NCBI GenBank assembly: GCA_963740635.1 | Contig: CAVUEQ010000001.1 | Span: 657,026 to 721,025, forward strand | Length of the DNA stretch: 64,000 nt | Reading direction: 5' to 3' | DNA from: an uncultured bacterium | GTDB taxonomy: Bacteria; Patescibacteriota; Saccharimonadia; UBA4664 | In this document: piece by piece, positions 8,943-19,038 of the stretch | Numbering within the stretch: the first letter of the stretch is position 1 | Layout: each line of letters opens with the position of its first letter | Translations under genes and position numbers: made by a program | The notes under the pieces: model-generated | What the model was told of the DNA's origin: nothing | The model's database searches: none | Seen by the model: only the letters and a program-made list of their open reading frames with translations

Positions 8943-10462
8943 GATAACTTTCTGACAATCCCGTGATCGGCATCTAGCTCCACCAAATCACCTTCTTTAA
9001 ACACATGCGTGGCATGCCGCGTTCCGATGACGCTCGGCAAGCCTAGCTCCCTGGAAACAATGGCGGCATGCGACGTAACGCCACCTTCATCCGTGACGAT
9101 GCCAATCGCCTCCCTGATCAGCGGCATCATTGCCGGCCGGGTGTGACCGGCCACCAGAATTTGGTTTTTCTTAATGGATCTCAGCTTGTCTTGCATATTG
9201 TCCCCCCAGTTGTATAGGCACACCCGGCCCCTCACAACCCCACGCATGGCTGGACTGCCCGACACTTCTACGATGTGCGATAGGTTTACAGCCGGGACCA
9301 ACCTGTCGAACATCATTTGCGCCTCTTCGCCATAAAAGGTAGTGATTTGACCATCGGCAAGGTAAATCATGTATTCCTCATGCTTTCCCATCCGATCAGC
9401 CGCATCCTCCTGTGTGTATGAGAAGGTTCCATCGAGAAAACGCTGCAGCTCATTGATATTCAGATAAGCAAAGGCATCTTTGCTTATCCCCCTGCGCCGG
9501 GCGACCTCCCTCGATAGGCCGATACCGGTCATGATAAGAAGCATAAATCCATCAACGCGCAAATTAAAGCGGTAAAAACCTAAATCAGCGAGAAAATTAA
9601 TAGTGCGAATTGTGTCTTGAGGAAGGTATAACTCACTAGCCAATCGAGTCCGCGCGGCTAAAACCTGCTCTGCCCGGCCTTTAACGATGGCGAGCTTTTG
9701 ACGCAGCTGCGTTATTGGCATGGCCGCATCCCGTAAGAGGTGCTTCATAAAAAACTCGATGTCATAGGACCAGGAGCCGTCCCCAATGCTCAAAATCTTG
9801 TACTTATTAAAATGCTCTTCTAGATCACTATATAATTTCGGGTACTCGGTTTGCAGCTTGTGCATTTTCTCTACTGCAGATTTGAGGACGGAATGATTGC
9901 TAATGAGTAGGGTTAGCCAATCGCGCCCTTCTTCGCCCATGCGGGTTAATTTTTCAGAAACCGCGAGTTCGGCCAGGTAGGAGTCTACTCTTTCTGTAGC
10001 GACGCGTTTTTTCAGCTCGTTTTTTATGCCGTCTTCAAACAAGACCGTGCGCTGCGGCTGGCAGGCAAGGAAATAGGAAAACACTATACTATCGAGCTCA
10101 TATGTTTTGAGAAACAGGTCATTTAACTGCGCGTCGCTCAGACTGGCAATATTTAAGCTATTGGCATCATCGATATGCCGGCCAACTTTTTGCAAAATGC
10201 TTTTGACGTCGCGAAAATACTTCGCCCGGTTAGCCACATCCGAAAAGTATTGGTAATAATAATGAGCAGATAATCTGAGCTCGTTGGATTCGTAATACGC
10301 CTTGCCTTGCTTATCTCTACTATAGAAAATGTAATATTTGTCACCGCGAAAGCCTAAGCTAGCCAGAGTTTTGGCATGGGGCAGGACTTCCTCAAAGTAG
10401 TGGGCAAGCGGAGGAACATCGTTGACGCCGTACGCATATTGGTAATTCCTTTTACTCGCCAC
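8939..10462 (-). CDS. Protein with an unassigned ~420-aa N-terminal region and a C-terminal PEP-utilising (swivelling phospho-His) domain
   Basis: 507-aa ORF ending ...GIVTDEGGVTSHAAIVSRELGLPSVIGT..., the mobile-domain catalytic His motif. ATGA overlap with the downstream ATP-grasp gene. Confidence 0.75.
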   Translation of the reverse strand: MASKRNYQYAYGVNDVPPLAHYFEEVLPHAKTLASLGFRGDKYYIFYSRDKQGKAYYESNELRLSAHYYYQYFSDVANRAKYFRDVKSILQKVGRHIDDANSLNIASLSDAQLNDLFLKTYELDSIVFSYFLACQPQRTVLFEDGIKNELKKRVATERVDSYLAELAVSEKLTRMGEEGRDWLTLLISNHSVLKSAVEKMHKLQTEYPKLYSDLEEHFNKYKILSIGDGSWSYDIEFFMKHLLRDAAMPITQLRQKLAIVKGRAEQVLAARTRLASELYLPQDTIRTINFLADLGFYRFNLRVDGFMLLIMTGIGLSREVARRRGISKDAFAYLNINELQRFLDGTFSYTQEDAADRMGKHEEYMIYLADGQITTFYGEEAQMMFDRLVPAVNLSHIVEVSGSPAMRGVVRGRVCLYNWGDNMQDKLRSIKKNQILVAGHTRPAMMPLIREAIGIVTDEGGVTSHAAIVSRELGLPSVIGTRHATHVFKEGDLVELDADHGIVRKLS

Positions 10463-11357
10463 CGGTAATGAGGGCCTGATATTCTTTGCCCTTGAAGTCG
10501 GTGCGAGCTACGCCGCCTTTAACGTGAATGGGGATTGACTCGGCGTGGGCAGGAAGATAATCGTGACTGTCTTCGGCGACTCCGAGTTCATCCTGGAGTA
10601 GAGATCTGACGACCCCATCGTGCGCGACTAGAACGTACATTCGCTTTCGGCCGGCATCAGTTTCGTAATGTTGCCGAGTTAGCATAGCCACATCTTCGAT
10701 GACCCCCTTGGCCCTGGCCGCTACGTCCCGGCCCGTTTCTGCCCCAATCGCTTTGGCGACCGCCTCAGCTTCTGGATCGCTCCCCCTCAGATGAGCTTCT
10801 TTCCAGCCTTTTCCGTGCCTTTCTCTAAGAGATTTAATGTAGCCCATGGGGTTCTCGTTGCGCTCATCTGTTGTGCCTGGCCGAAACGGTATGTAATAAA
10901 TATCGCCCTCAACCAGACGGTCGTTGGGCAGTGAGTCGGGGCGCTGTTCGTAGACGGGAGAGACGACCCTTATGCCTTGTTGCTGCAACTCATCGTCATG
11001 TTCAAGAATGGCATTGATGGCTTCAGTAGAGGTTTCCTCTGCCCGCCTGCCGCCTTCATCCGGAAGACCGGCGCCCATGGGGTAGTCAGGACTATCGTAT
11101 CTTTGCGAGCTGGCAATGAATGATATGTCGACTTTACCCCCTAGAGAGCGAGCAGCTTCAAGTACCTGCTCCCCCAATTCTCTTGATTGCTGGACGCCCT
11201 TCTCGGTTAAATGCCCGAGTGTTTCCGGACGCTCTTCATCCATCGAATATTCCGCATGCCTCGCCACAATCAGCTCGAAGTCCGGAGTTGCGGTTAGATG
11301 TTCCGCGACGTTTTCTGCTGACTCGTGCCCTGGCGGTTGCTCTTGGAATTGGTCCAT
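10452..11357 (-). CDS. Histidine phosphatase superfamily (phosphoglycerate-mutase-like) protein
   Basis: 301-aa ORF with LIVARHAEY (RHG-type motif) and VLVAHDGVVRSL. First gene of the low-GC three-gene unit. Confidence 0.6.
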   Translation of the reverse strand: MDQFQEQPPGHESAENVAEHLTATPDFELIVARHAEYSMDEERPETLGHLTEKGVQQSRELGEQVLEAARSLGGKVDISFIASSQRYDSPDYPMGAGLPDEGGRRAEETSTEAINAILEHDDELQQQGIRVVSPVYEQRPDSLPNDRLVEGDIYYIPFRPGTTDERNENPMGYIKSLRERHGKGWKEAHLRGSDPEAEAVAKAIGAETGRDVAARAKGVIEDVAMLTRQHYETDAGRKRMYVLVAHDGVVRSLLQDELGVAEDSHDYLPAHAESIPIHVKGGVARTDFKGKEYQALITGGE

Positions 11358-11447
11358 TCTGCAATTCTACAGCTGTTTTATGATCTGTGAAGCATTGACT
11401 GGGCTGGTCAGATATCTCAAGATACGGCTATGTGACAAGGAATTCGG

Positions 11448-14400
11448 GTGCTTAGACTACACCGCCGGGACCGGGTGAGCAACAACGAAGTCAGCCAGCT
11501 GCACGCGGCGGGGATGAAAACGCCGACGACGGTGGCGGCCGAGTGGGTGTATTACGTGGAGACTTCGGGCCGGCTGGGTGACGATGATGCAAAGAAGCTG
11601 AAGTGGTTGCTGGGCGAAACGTTTGACCCCCTGGGCACGCGCGAGGCAACCTTTTTGGGCGAGCACCCGAGCGTGATTGAGATCGGGCCGCGGCTGAACT
11701 TTGAGACGCCGTGGGCCAGCACCGCCCGGCAGATTTGCCACTCGGTGGGGCTCCGGGCGGTAGTGAGGATTGAGCGCGCGCGGCGGCTGGGTTTCCCGAA
11801 GCGGCTGAGCGAGGCCGAGCATGCGGACCTGGTGGCGGCGCTGGCCGACCGCATGACCCAGCAGCCCTACGGGCAAGCGCCGGAGACGCTGGTCGTGAGC
11901 GGGGAGCCGGAGCCGGTGCATGTGATACACGTAATGAAGCACGGGATTGAGGCGCTGCGCCGGGCCAATACCGACTTCGGGCTGGCCATGGACGAAGAAG
12001 ATCTGAACAATTACCTGGATCTGTTTGCCAACCGGCTGAAGCGCGACCCCACGGACGTGGAGATTTTTTCGCTGGGACAAGGGAATAACGAGCACGCGAG
12101 GCACGGGTTTTTCCGGGGCAGCCTGGTGCTCGACGGCCAGCCGCTGGGCACGAGCCTGATGAAGATAGTGAAGGCGCCATGGCAGGCCAACCCGAACAAT
12201 TCGGTGATCGCGTTTCATGATGATAGCTCGGCGATCGAGGGGCGGCGGGTGCACGTGATGGCGCCGGAGAGCCCCGGCGAGCCGAGCCCGTTTGAGCTCG
12301 ACGACCGCACCTACCACCCGACGCTGACGGCCGAGACGCACAATTTCCCCACCGGCATCGCGCCATACCCGGGGGCCGCGACCGGCACCGGCGGGCGAAT
12401 TCGCGACAACCAGAGCGTGGGGCGGGGCGGATTGGTGGTGGCAAGCGGCGTGGGTTACAGCGTCGGCAACTTGCACATTCCCGGCTATGACCTGCAGTGG
12501 GAACAGGACGGGGTGGCGCATCCGGCGAATTTGGCATCTCCCTTGGATATTTTGATCGCGGGCTCCAACGGCGCCTCGGATTACGGCAACTGCTACGGCG
12601 AGCCGGTATTGCTGGGGCACGTGCGGACATTTGGGCAGAAAATGCCCGGCGGGTACCGGGCTTGGTTTAAGCCCATCATGTATTCCGAGGGCGTGGGCAT
12701 GCTCGACGCACTGCATGCCGAAAAGGGCAAACCGGAGCCAAAAATGCTGATAGTACAAGTGGGCGGACCGGCCTACCGGATCGGTATGGGCGGGGGTGCC
12801 GCCAGCTCACTGATGAGCGGCGACAACACCGAGGCGCTTGATTTTAACGCGGTGCAGCGGGGCGACGCCGAGATGGAGCAACGGCTCAACCGCGTGATCC
12901 GCACGTGCATTGAGCTGGGAGCGGATAATCCGATCGTGAGCGCGCATGACCTGGGGGCCGGCGGCGATTCGAACGCGCTGCCGGAGATTGCCGAGCCGGC
13001 GGGGGCGCGGATTGACCTGCGGGCGATGCCGGTGGGCGACGCGACACTGTCGGTGCTGGAGATCTGGGGCAACGAATCGCAGGAGCGCGACGCGCTGCTG
13101 CTACGGCCGGAAGATTTGGAGCGGTTTGAGGCTATTTGCAAGCGCGAAAACGCGCCGTTTGCGGTGGTAGGCGAAATTACGGGCGACGGGAATTTGGTGG
13201 TGTACGACGACAGCAACCACAGTACGCCGGTAAACCTCCCCCTGGAGCCATTTCCGGGCGGGGTGCCGATAAAGACGGTGGAGCTCACAACGGTGGCGCC
13301 GGAACTGAAGCCGCTGAAGCTGCCGGGGGATTTGACGGTCCGGGAGGCGCTAGAGCGGGTGCTGCGGCTGGTGTCGGTGGGCTCCAAGAGTTGGCTAACG
13401 CGCAAGGTGGACCGGTGCGTGACCGGGTTGGTGGCGCAGCAGCAAGGAGTGGGGCCGCTGGAGACGCCGCTCGCCGACTTTGCGATTTCGGCGCACAGTT
13501 TGTTTGGCAATAGCGGCACGGTGCTGGCTCAGGGCGAGCGGCCGCTGATTGGATTAATTTCGCCTAGTGCCCAAGGGCGCATGACGGTCGGCGAGGCCCT
13601 CACGAACCTGATGGGGGCGCGCATTTCGGACCTCAGCGACGTGCGGGCCAGCGCCAACTGGATGTGGGCGGCCAAGCTCGAGGGCGAGGGCGCGCGGTTG
13701 TACGAAGCCGCCGTGGCCATGAGCGATACCATGACGGCGCTGGGCATGGCGGTGGACGGCGGCAAGGACAGCCTGAGCATGGCGGCCCAAACGCCGGCCG
13801 GGCTGGTGAAGGCTCCGGGGCAGCTGGTGGTGGCGCCGTATGCCGTGATGCCCGACGTGCGGCAAAAAGTGACGCCCGACTTTAAAGGTGAGGGCGACGT
13901 ACTGATATTGGTGGATTTGAGCGGTGGCCACGCCAGGCTGGGCGGGTCGGCGCTGGCCCAGGCCTACGGGCAAATCGGCGACGAGGCCCCCGACCTCGAC
14001 GACCCGGCGGTGCTCGGCCAGGCCTTTGCCAGCGTGCAGGGGTTAATCCGGCGCGGCCGGCTGCGCTCGGTGCACGACCGCAGCGACGGCGGCCTGCTGG
14101 TGACGGCGCTCGAGATGGCCTTGGCCGGCAATTTCGGCCTGGAGCTCGATTTGCCCGCGACCGATTCAGGGCCGCTGGCCGCGCTGTTTGCCGAGGAGCT
14201 CGGCGTACTGTTGGCGGTGAAGCCCGACAACGCCGAAGCGGTGCGGGCCGAGCTAGCCGCCGACCGGGTGGCGAGCGCCACCTTGGGCCGCGTGGGTGTG
14301 ACCGCCGGGCCCGTGCGCGTGCGGGTGGGCGGGAGCACAGTGCTCGACATGCCCTTGCACGAGCTGCGCGGCTTGTGGGAAGACACCGCCAGCCATCTCG

Positions 14401-15338
14401 ACGCGCTGCAAGCCAATCCGGACTGCGTGGCGGAAGAGGCCGAGCTGCTCAAATCGCCGCGCGTATCGCCGCGCTGGCACCTCACCTACACCCCTACCGG
14501 CGTGCGGCCGCCGGTGAGCAGCGGGGCGGCGCGGCCCAAGGTGGCTGTGCTGCGCGAGGCCGGCAACAACGGCGACCGCGAGATGGCCGGGTCGTTCCTG
14601 GCCGCCGGATTTGAGGTCTGGGACGTCACCATGAGCGACATTATTAGCGGCCGCACCCACCTCGGCCAGTTCCGGGGCGTGGCGTTCCCGGGCGGGTTCT
14701 CGTTTGGCGACGTGCTCGACGCCGGCAAGGGCTCTGCTGGAGTTATTCGGTTTAACAAGGTGCTGGCCAAGGAATTTGCCAACTTCTACGAGCGCCCGGA
14801 TACGTTTTCGCTGGGAACATGCAATGGCGCGCAGCTGATGGCGCTGCTGGGCTGGGCGCCGTTTATTAACCTGGCCGACGACGAGCGGCCGCGCTTCATT
14901 AGCAATACTTCGGGCCGGCTCGAGTGCCGATTCGTGACGGTGGAGATTGGGCCGAGCCCGGCGATTATGCTGCGCGGCATGGAGGGCAGCAGGCTGGGGG
15001 TGTGGGTCGCGCACGGCGAGGGCCGGCTGCACGTCCCCACGCCCGAGGTCATGAAGCAGATCGGCGAGCAGAACCTGGCCCCCATGCGGTACGTGGAGCC
15101 CGACGGCGGCCCCACCACGGCCTACCCGTTCAACCCCAACGGCAGCCCCGGCGGCATCACGGCATTGTGCTCGCCCGACGGCCGCCACCTGGCCATGATG
15201 CCGCACCCCGAGCGCCTTGCGAACGCCCTCTGGCAGTGGCCGTGGCTGCCGGAGGACTGGGCCTCGCTGCCCGCCAGCCCGTGGCTGCGCATGTTCCAGA
15301 ACGCCCGCGAGTGGTGCGACCGGCAGACATCCCGCTAA
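11448..15338 (+). CDS. purL: FGAM synthase, large single-chain form
   Basis: 1296-aa uninterrupted ORF with an FGAM-synthase core and a C-terminal glutamine amidotransferase (GTCNGAQL, HPER). The exact start is uncertain: GTG 11448 or GTG 11475. Confidence 0.92.
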   Translation: MLRLHRRDRVSNNEVSQLHAAGMKTPTTVAAEWVYYVETSGRLGDDDAKKLKWLLGETFDPLGTREATFLGEHPSVIEIGPRLNFETPWASTARQICHSVGLRAVVRIERARRLGFPKRLSEAEHADLVAALADRMTQQPYGQAPETLVVSGEPEPVHVIHVMKHGIEALRRANTDFGLAMDEEDLNNYLDLFANRLKRDPTDVEIFSLGQGNNEHARHGFFRGSLVLDGQPLGTSLMKIVKAPWQANPNNSVIAFHDDSSAIEGRRVHVMAPESPGEPSPFELDDRTYHPTLTAETHNFPTGIAPYPGAATGTGGRIRDNQSVGRGGLVVASGVGYSVGNLHIPGYDLQWEQDGVAHPANLASPLDILIAGSNGASDYGNCYGEPVLLGHVRTFGQKMPGGYRAWFKPIMYSEGVGMLDALHAEKGKPEPKMLIVQVGGPAYRIGMGGGAASSLMSGDNTEALDFNAVQRGDAEMEQRLNRVIRTCIELGADNPIVSAHDLGAGGDSNALPEIAEPAGARIDLRAMPVGDATLSVLEIWGNESQERDALLLRPEDLERFEAICKRENAPFAVVGEITGDGNLVVYDDSNHSTPVNLPLEPFPGGVPIKTVELTTVAPELKPLKLPGDLTVREALERVLRLVSVGSKSWLTRKVDRCVTGLVAQQQGVGPLETPLADFAISAHSLFGNSGTVLAQGERPLIGLISPSAQGRMTVGEALTNLMGARISDLSDVRASANWMWAAKLEGEGARLYEAAVAMSDTMTALGMAVDGGKDSLSMAAQTPAGLVKAPGQLVVAPYAVMPDVRQKVTPDFKGEGDVLILVDLSGGHARLGGSALAQAYGQIGDEAPDLDDPAVLGQAFASVQGLIRRGRLRSVHDRSDGGLLVTALEMALAGNFGLELDLPATDSGPLAALFAEELGVLLAVKPDNAEAVRAELAADRVASATLGRVGVTAGPVRVRVGGSTVLDMPLHELRGLWEDTASHLDALQANPDCVAEEAELLKSPRVSPRWHLTYTPTGVRPPVSSGAARPKVAVLREAGNNGDREMAGSFLAAGFEVWDVTMSDIISGRTHLGQFRGVAFPGGFSFGDVLDAGKGSAGVIRFNKVLAKEFANFYERPDTFSLGTCNGAQLMALLGWAPFINLADDERPRFISNTSGRLECRFVTVEIGPSPAIMLRGMEGSRLGVWVAHGEGRLHVPTPEVMKQIGEQNLAPMRYVEPDGGPTTAYPFNPNGSPGGITALCSPDGRHLAMMPHPERLANALWQWPWLPEDWASLPASPWLRMFQNAREWCDRQTSR

Positions 15339-15403
15339 TCTGTGGCATAATACGTGGTACTTCAGTTGTTTTGACATCCTACAACCCCACTACGGAGGCG
15401 GTT

Positions 15404-15925
15404 ATGAGACACAAACCCAAGCCGCCGCGATTCGTGCGGCAACGCCAAAGGGCCACGCGTTGGAGGGTCTTGCACCGCATGGCCAGGAATTTTCTGTTTG
15501 CGCTGGCGGTTTGCTTGTTTTCATATGGGCGGATAAGTGGCTTGGCGCTCACGCTATTAGCGCTAGTTGGTACGGAAATAGCCTGGCATTACTGTACCAG
15601 GACGGCACCGCTTCAGCCGATACCTGATATCCGCGCGTTGGAAGGCAGCGGTCACGGATTGTGCTGCAGCGACCTCATCTACATCAAAGAAAGTTGCGGC
15701 CACGCGGCGAGCTACAAGGTGGGCGAGGCTGGGCCAAAAGTCTGCCTCTGCTGCTGCGAGAAGTGGTTGCGCTACACAGGGATCGACCTGGACCGGCTGC
15801 GGCCTTACCCGCTCGAGCCGTCCTGCCCGATAAGGCACCGGCACGAGCTGGCCTGCCTGGTGCTTCCTAGACCGCACTTGCTCGCTCACTTATCCCAGCC
15901 CGGCGCCCGGGTGTTTTTCGACTAG
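15404..15925 (+). CDS. Cys-rich membrane protein, paralog 1 (unassigned family)
   Basis: GGAGG-N5-ATG at 15404. The 174-aa product is the tail of ORF 14924..15925. It has hydrophobic helices, then GLCCSDLIYIKESCGHAASYKVGEAGPKVCLCCCEKWL. Confidence 0.6.
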   Translation: MRHKPKPPRFVRQRQRATRWRVLHRMARNFLFALAVCLFSYGRISGLALTLLALVGTEIAWHYCTRTAPLQPIPDIRALEGSGHGLCCSDLIYIKESCGHAASYKVGEAGPKVCLCCCEKWLRYTGIDLDRLRPYPLEPSCPIRHRHELACLVLPRPHLLAHLSQPGARVFFD

Positions 15926-15940
15926 CTACCGGAGGTAGTA

Positions 15941-16495
15941 ATGGATAACCGAGACGAAGAGACTCAGCGCGAAGCGGCGGCGGCCTTTAGATACAGGCTG
16001 ACCGGGACGGCGTATGGCCCGTTGATCTTCCTGGCAGGATTCTGGTTGGCGGTGATGACGATAATCACCGCATTATTCACAGGTAACATCTGGTTGGCGC
16101 TGGTGGCCGTCGCCCTTCCGTTTGCCGGATTATGGCTCTCGTTCGCCTTTGCACGGAGAATATGGTCGCGGCAGATTCCGCACATCAGACCGCTGCGGGC
16201 AGACCCGGCCAACCCCAACGGGTTCTGCCAAAGCGCCATGTTGAGCTTGGCCGATGGGTGCGAGCACGCGGCCGGTTACGTGGTAGGCTACCCGGAGGTG
16301 AGGCTCTGCCTGTGCTGCTGCGCCAGGTGGCTCTTCCGCGGCCTCAGGGAAAGCCGGTTCTCGATAGAAATCCTAACTGATGACAGGGGGCCACGGCTGA
16401 GCTTCCCCGGCCAGGATCAGCGCTGCTTCGCCGACAGGCGAGCACCCGCGGTGGCGTACCTGGTGAGGCAATCGGCTCCGTGGATGGAACACTGA
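15941..16495 (+). CDS. Cys-rich membrane protein, paralog 2 (unassigned family)
   Basis: 184-aa ORF with two long TM helices, then GFCQSAMLSLADGCEHAAGYVVGYPEVRLCLCCCARWL. This aligns with the upstream gene's motif. Confidence 0.6.
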   Translation: MDNRDEETQREAAAAFRYRLTGTAYGPLIFLAGFWLAVMTIITALFTGNIWLALVAVALPFAGLWLSFAFARRIWSRQIPHIRPLRADPANPNGFCQSAMLSLADGCEHAAGYVVGYPEVRLCLCCCARWLFRGLRESRFSIEILTDDRGPRLSFPGQDQRCFADRRAPAVAYLVRQSAPWMEH

Positions 16496-16503
16496 AGCAT
16501 GGG

Positions 16504-16536
16504 CTCGAGGGCGCAGGAGTTTTACGCGCCCTCGGG
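16504..16536. terminator. GC-rich hairpin between convergent genes
   Basis: CTCGAGGGCGC-N11-GCGCCCTCGGG. No clear U-tract. Confidence 0.4.
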
Positions 16537-16552
16537 TCCGGCACCGGTATTA

Positions 16553-16636
16553 TTATTTAGGCTTCTTGTCTTTCTTGGGGCCTTTGGGTTTCTTAACTTC
16601 TTTGCCCTTTCCGCCCTTGTCTCTGCCTTTGGCCAT
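16553..16636 (-). CDS. 27-aa lysine-rich small protein (candidate)
   Basis: My translation is MAKGRDKGGKGKEVKKPKGPKKDKKPK*. GAGGG lies 6 nt upstream of the ATG. Too short for the ORF track. Confidence 0.35.
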   Translation of the reverse strand: MAKGRDKGGKGKEVKKPKGPKKDKKPK

Positions 16637-16699
16637 GATGCCCTCGCTTTCATATGCGACTAACATTAGCACACTTCCCCGCCGGGCATGGGCGATGGC

Positions 16700-17035
16700 T
16701 CAGCCCCGGGCGCGGTCCTCGAACCATTCCCGAGGCCGGTTGTACTGCCAGGGGTCGCGAACGTTGCATTTAATGACTTCATACGTTTCCCAAACTTTGC
16801 CCGTTACGTAAGGCTCCCGCTTCAGCCAATCGTGGAGCTCTTTTTCGGTAGCGAAATCCATAAGCAGCATCGAGCCGATCATCTGGTTGTTGCCGTCCCA
16901 GAGCGCCGCGCCGTACCACATGTTGCCGGACTGACGCAGCTGCTCGCCGAGATCGATGTGGTCGGGACGGGCCTTCTGGCGGCGGGCCGGTGCTTCAGGG
17001 TCGGTGCCGTCCCGGCCGATGATGACGAACTGCAC
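16700..17035 (-). CDS. YciI-like protein
   Basis: 111-aa ORF: MQFVIIGRDGTD...RPDHIDLGEQL...G... Confidence 0.7.
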   Translation of the reverse strand: MQFVIIGRDGTDPEAPARRQKARPDHIDLGEQLRQSGNMWYGAALWDGNNQMIGSMLLMDFATEKELHDWLKREPYVTGKVWETYEVIKCNVRDPWQYNRPREWFEDRARG

Positions 17036-17037
17036 GC

Positions 17038-19005
<1,968 letters not shown>

Positions 19006-19038
19006 GGTTAGATTGTACATCTTTGCTACAATGTCGCT

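Noticed and set aside
11457-12758. Long opposite-strand or off-frame ORFs inside conserved genes. Examples: 11457..12758, 11491..12630, 14253..15377, 14924..15403, 4791..5396, 23702..24754, 30314..31162, 38045..38605, 38663..39277, 41558..42448, 44461..45225, 50910..51779, 52854..53996, 55065..56030, 58079..59212 and 63016..63576.
   Set aside because: Their translations are Arg/Pro/Gly/Ala/His-rich low-complexity strings, which is typical of shadow ORFs in high-GC DNA. Each lies entirely within a gene whose product has clear family motifs.
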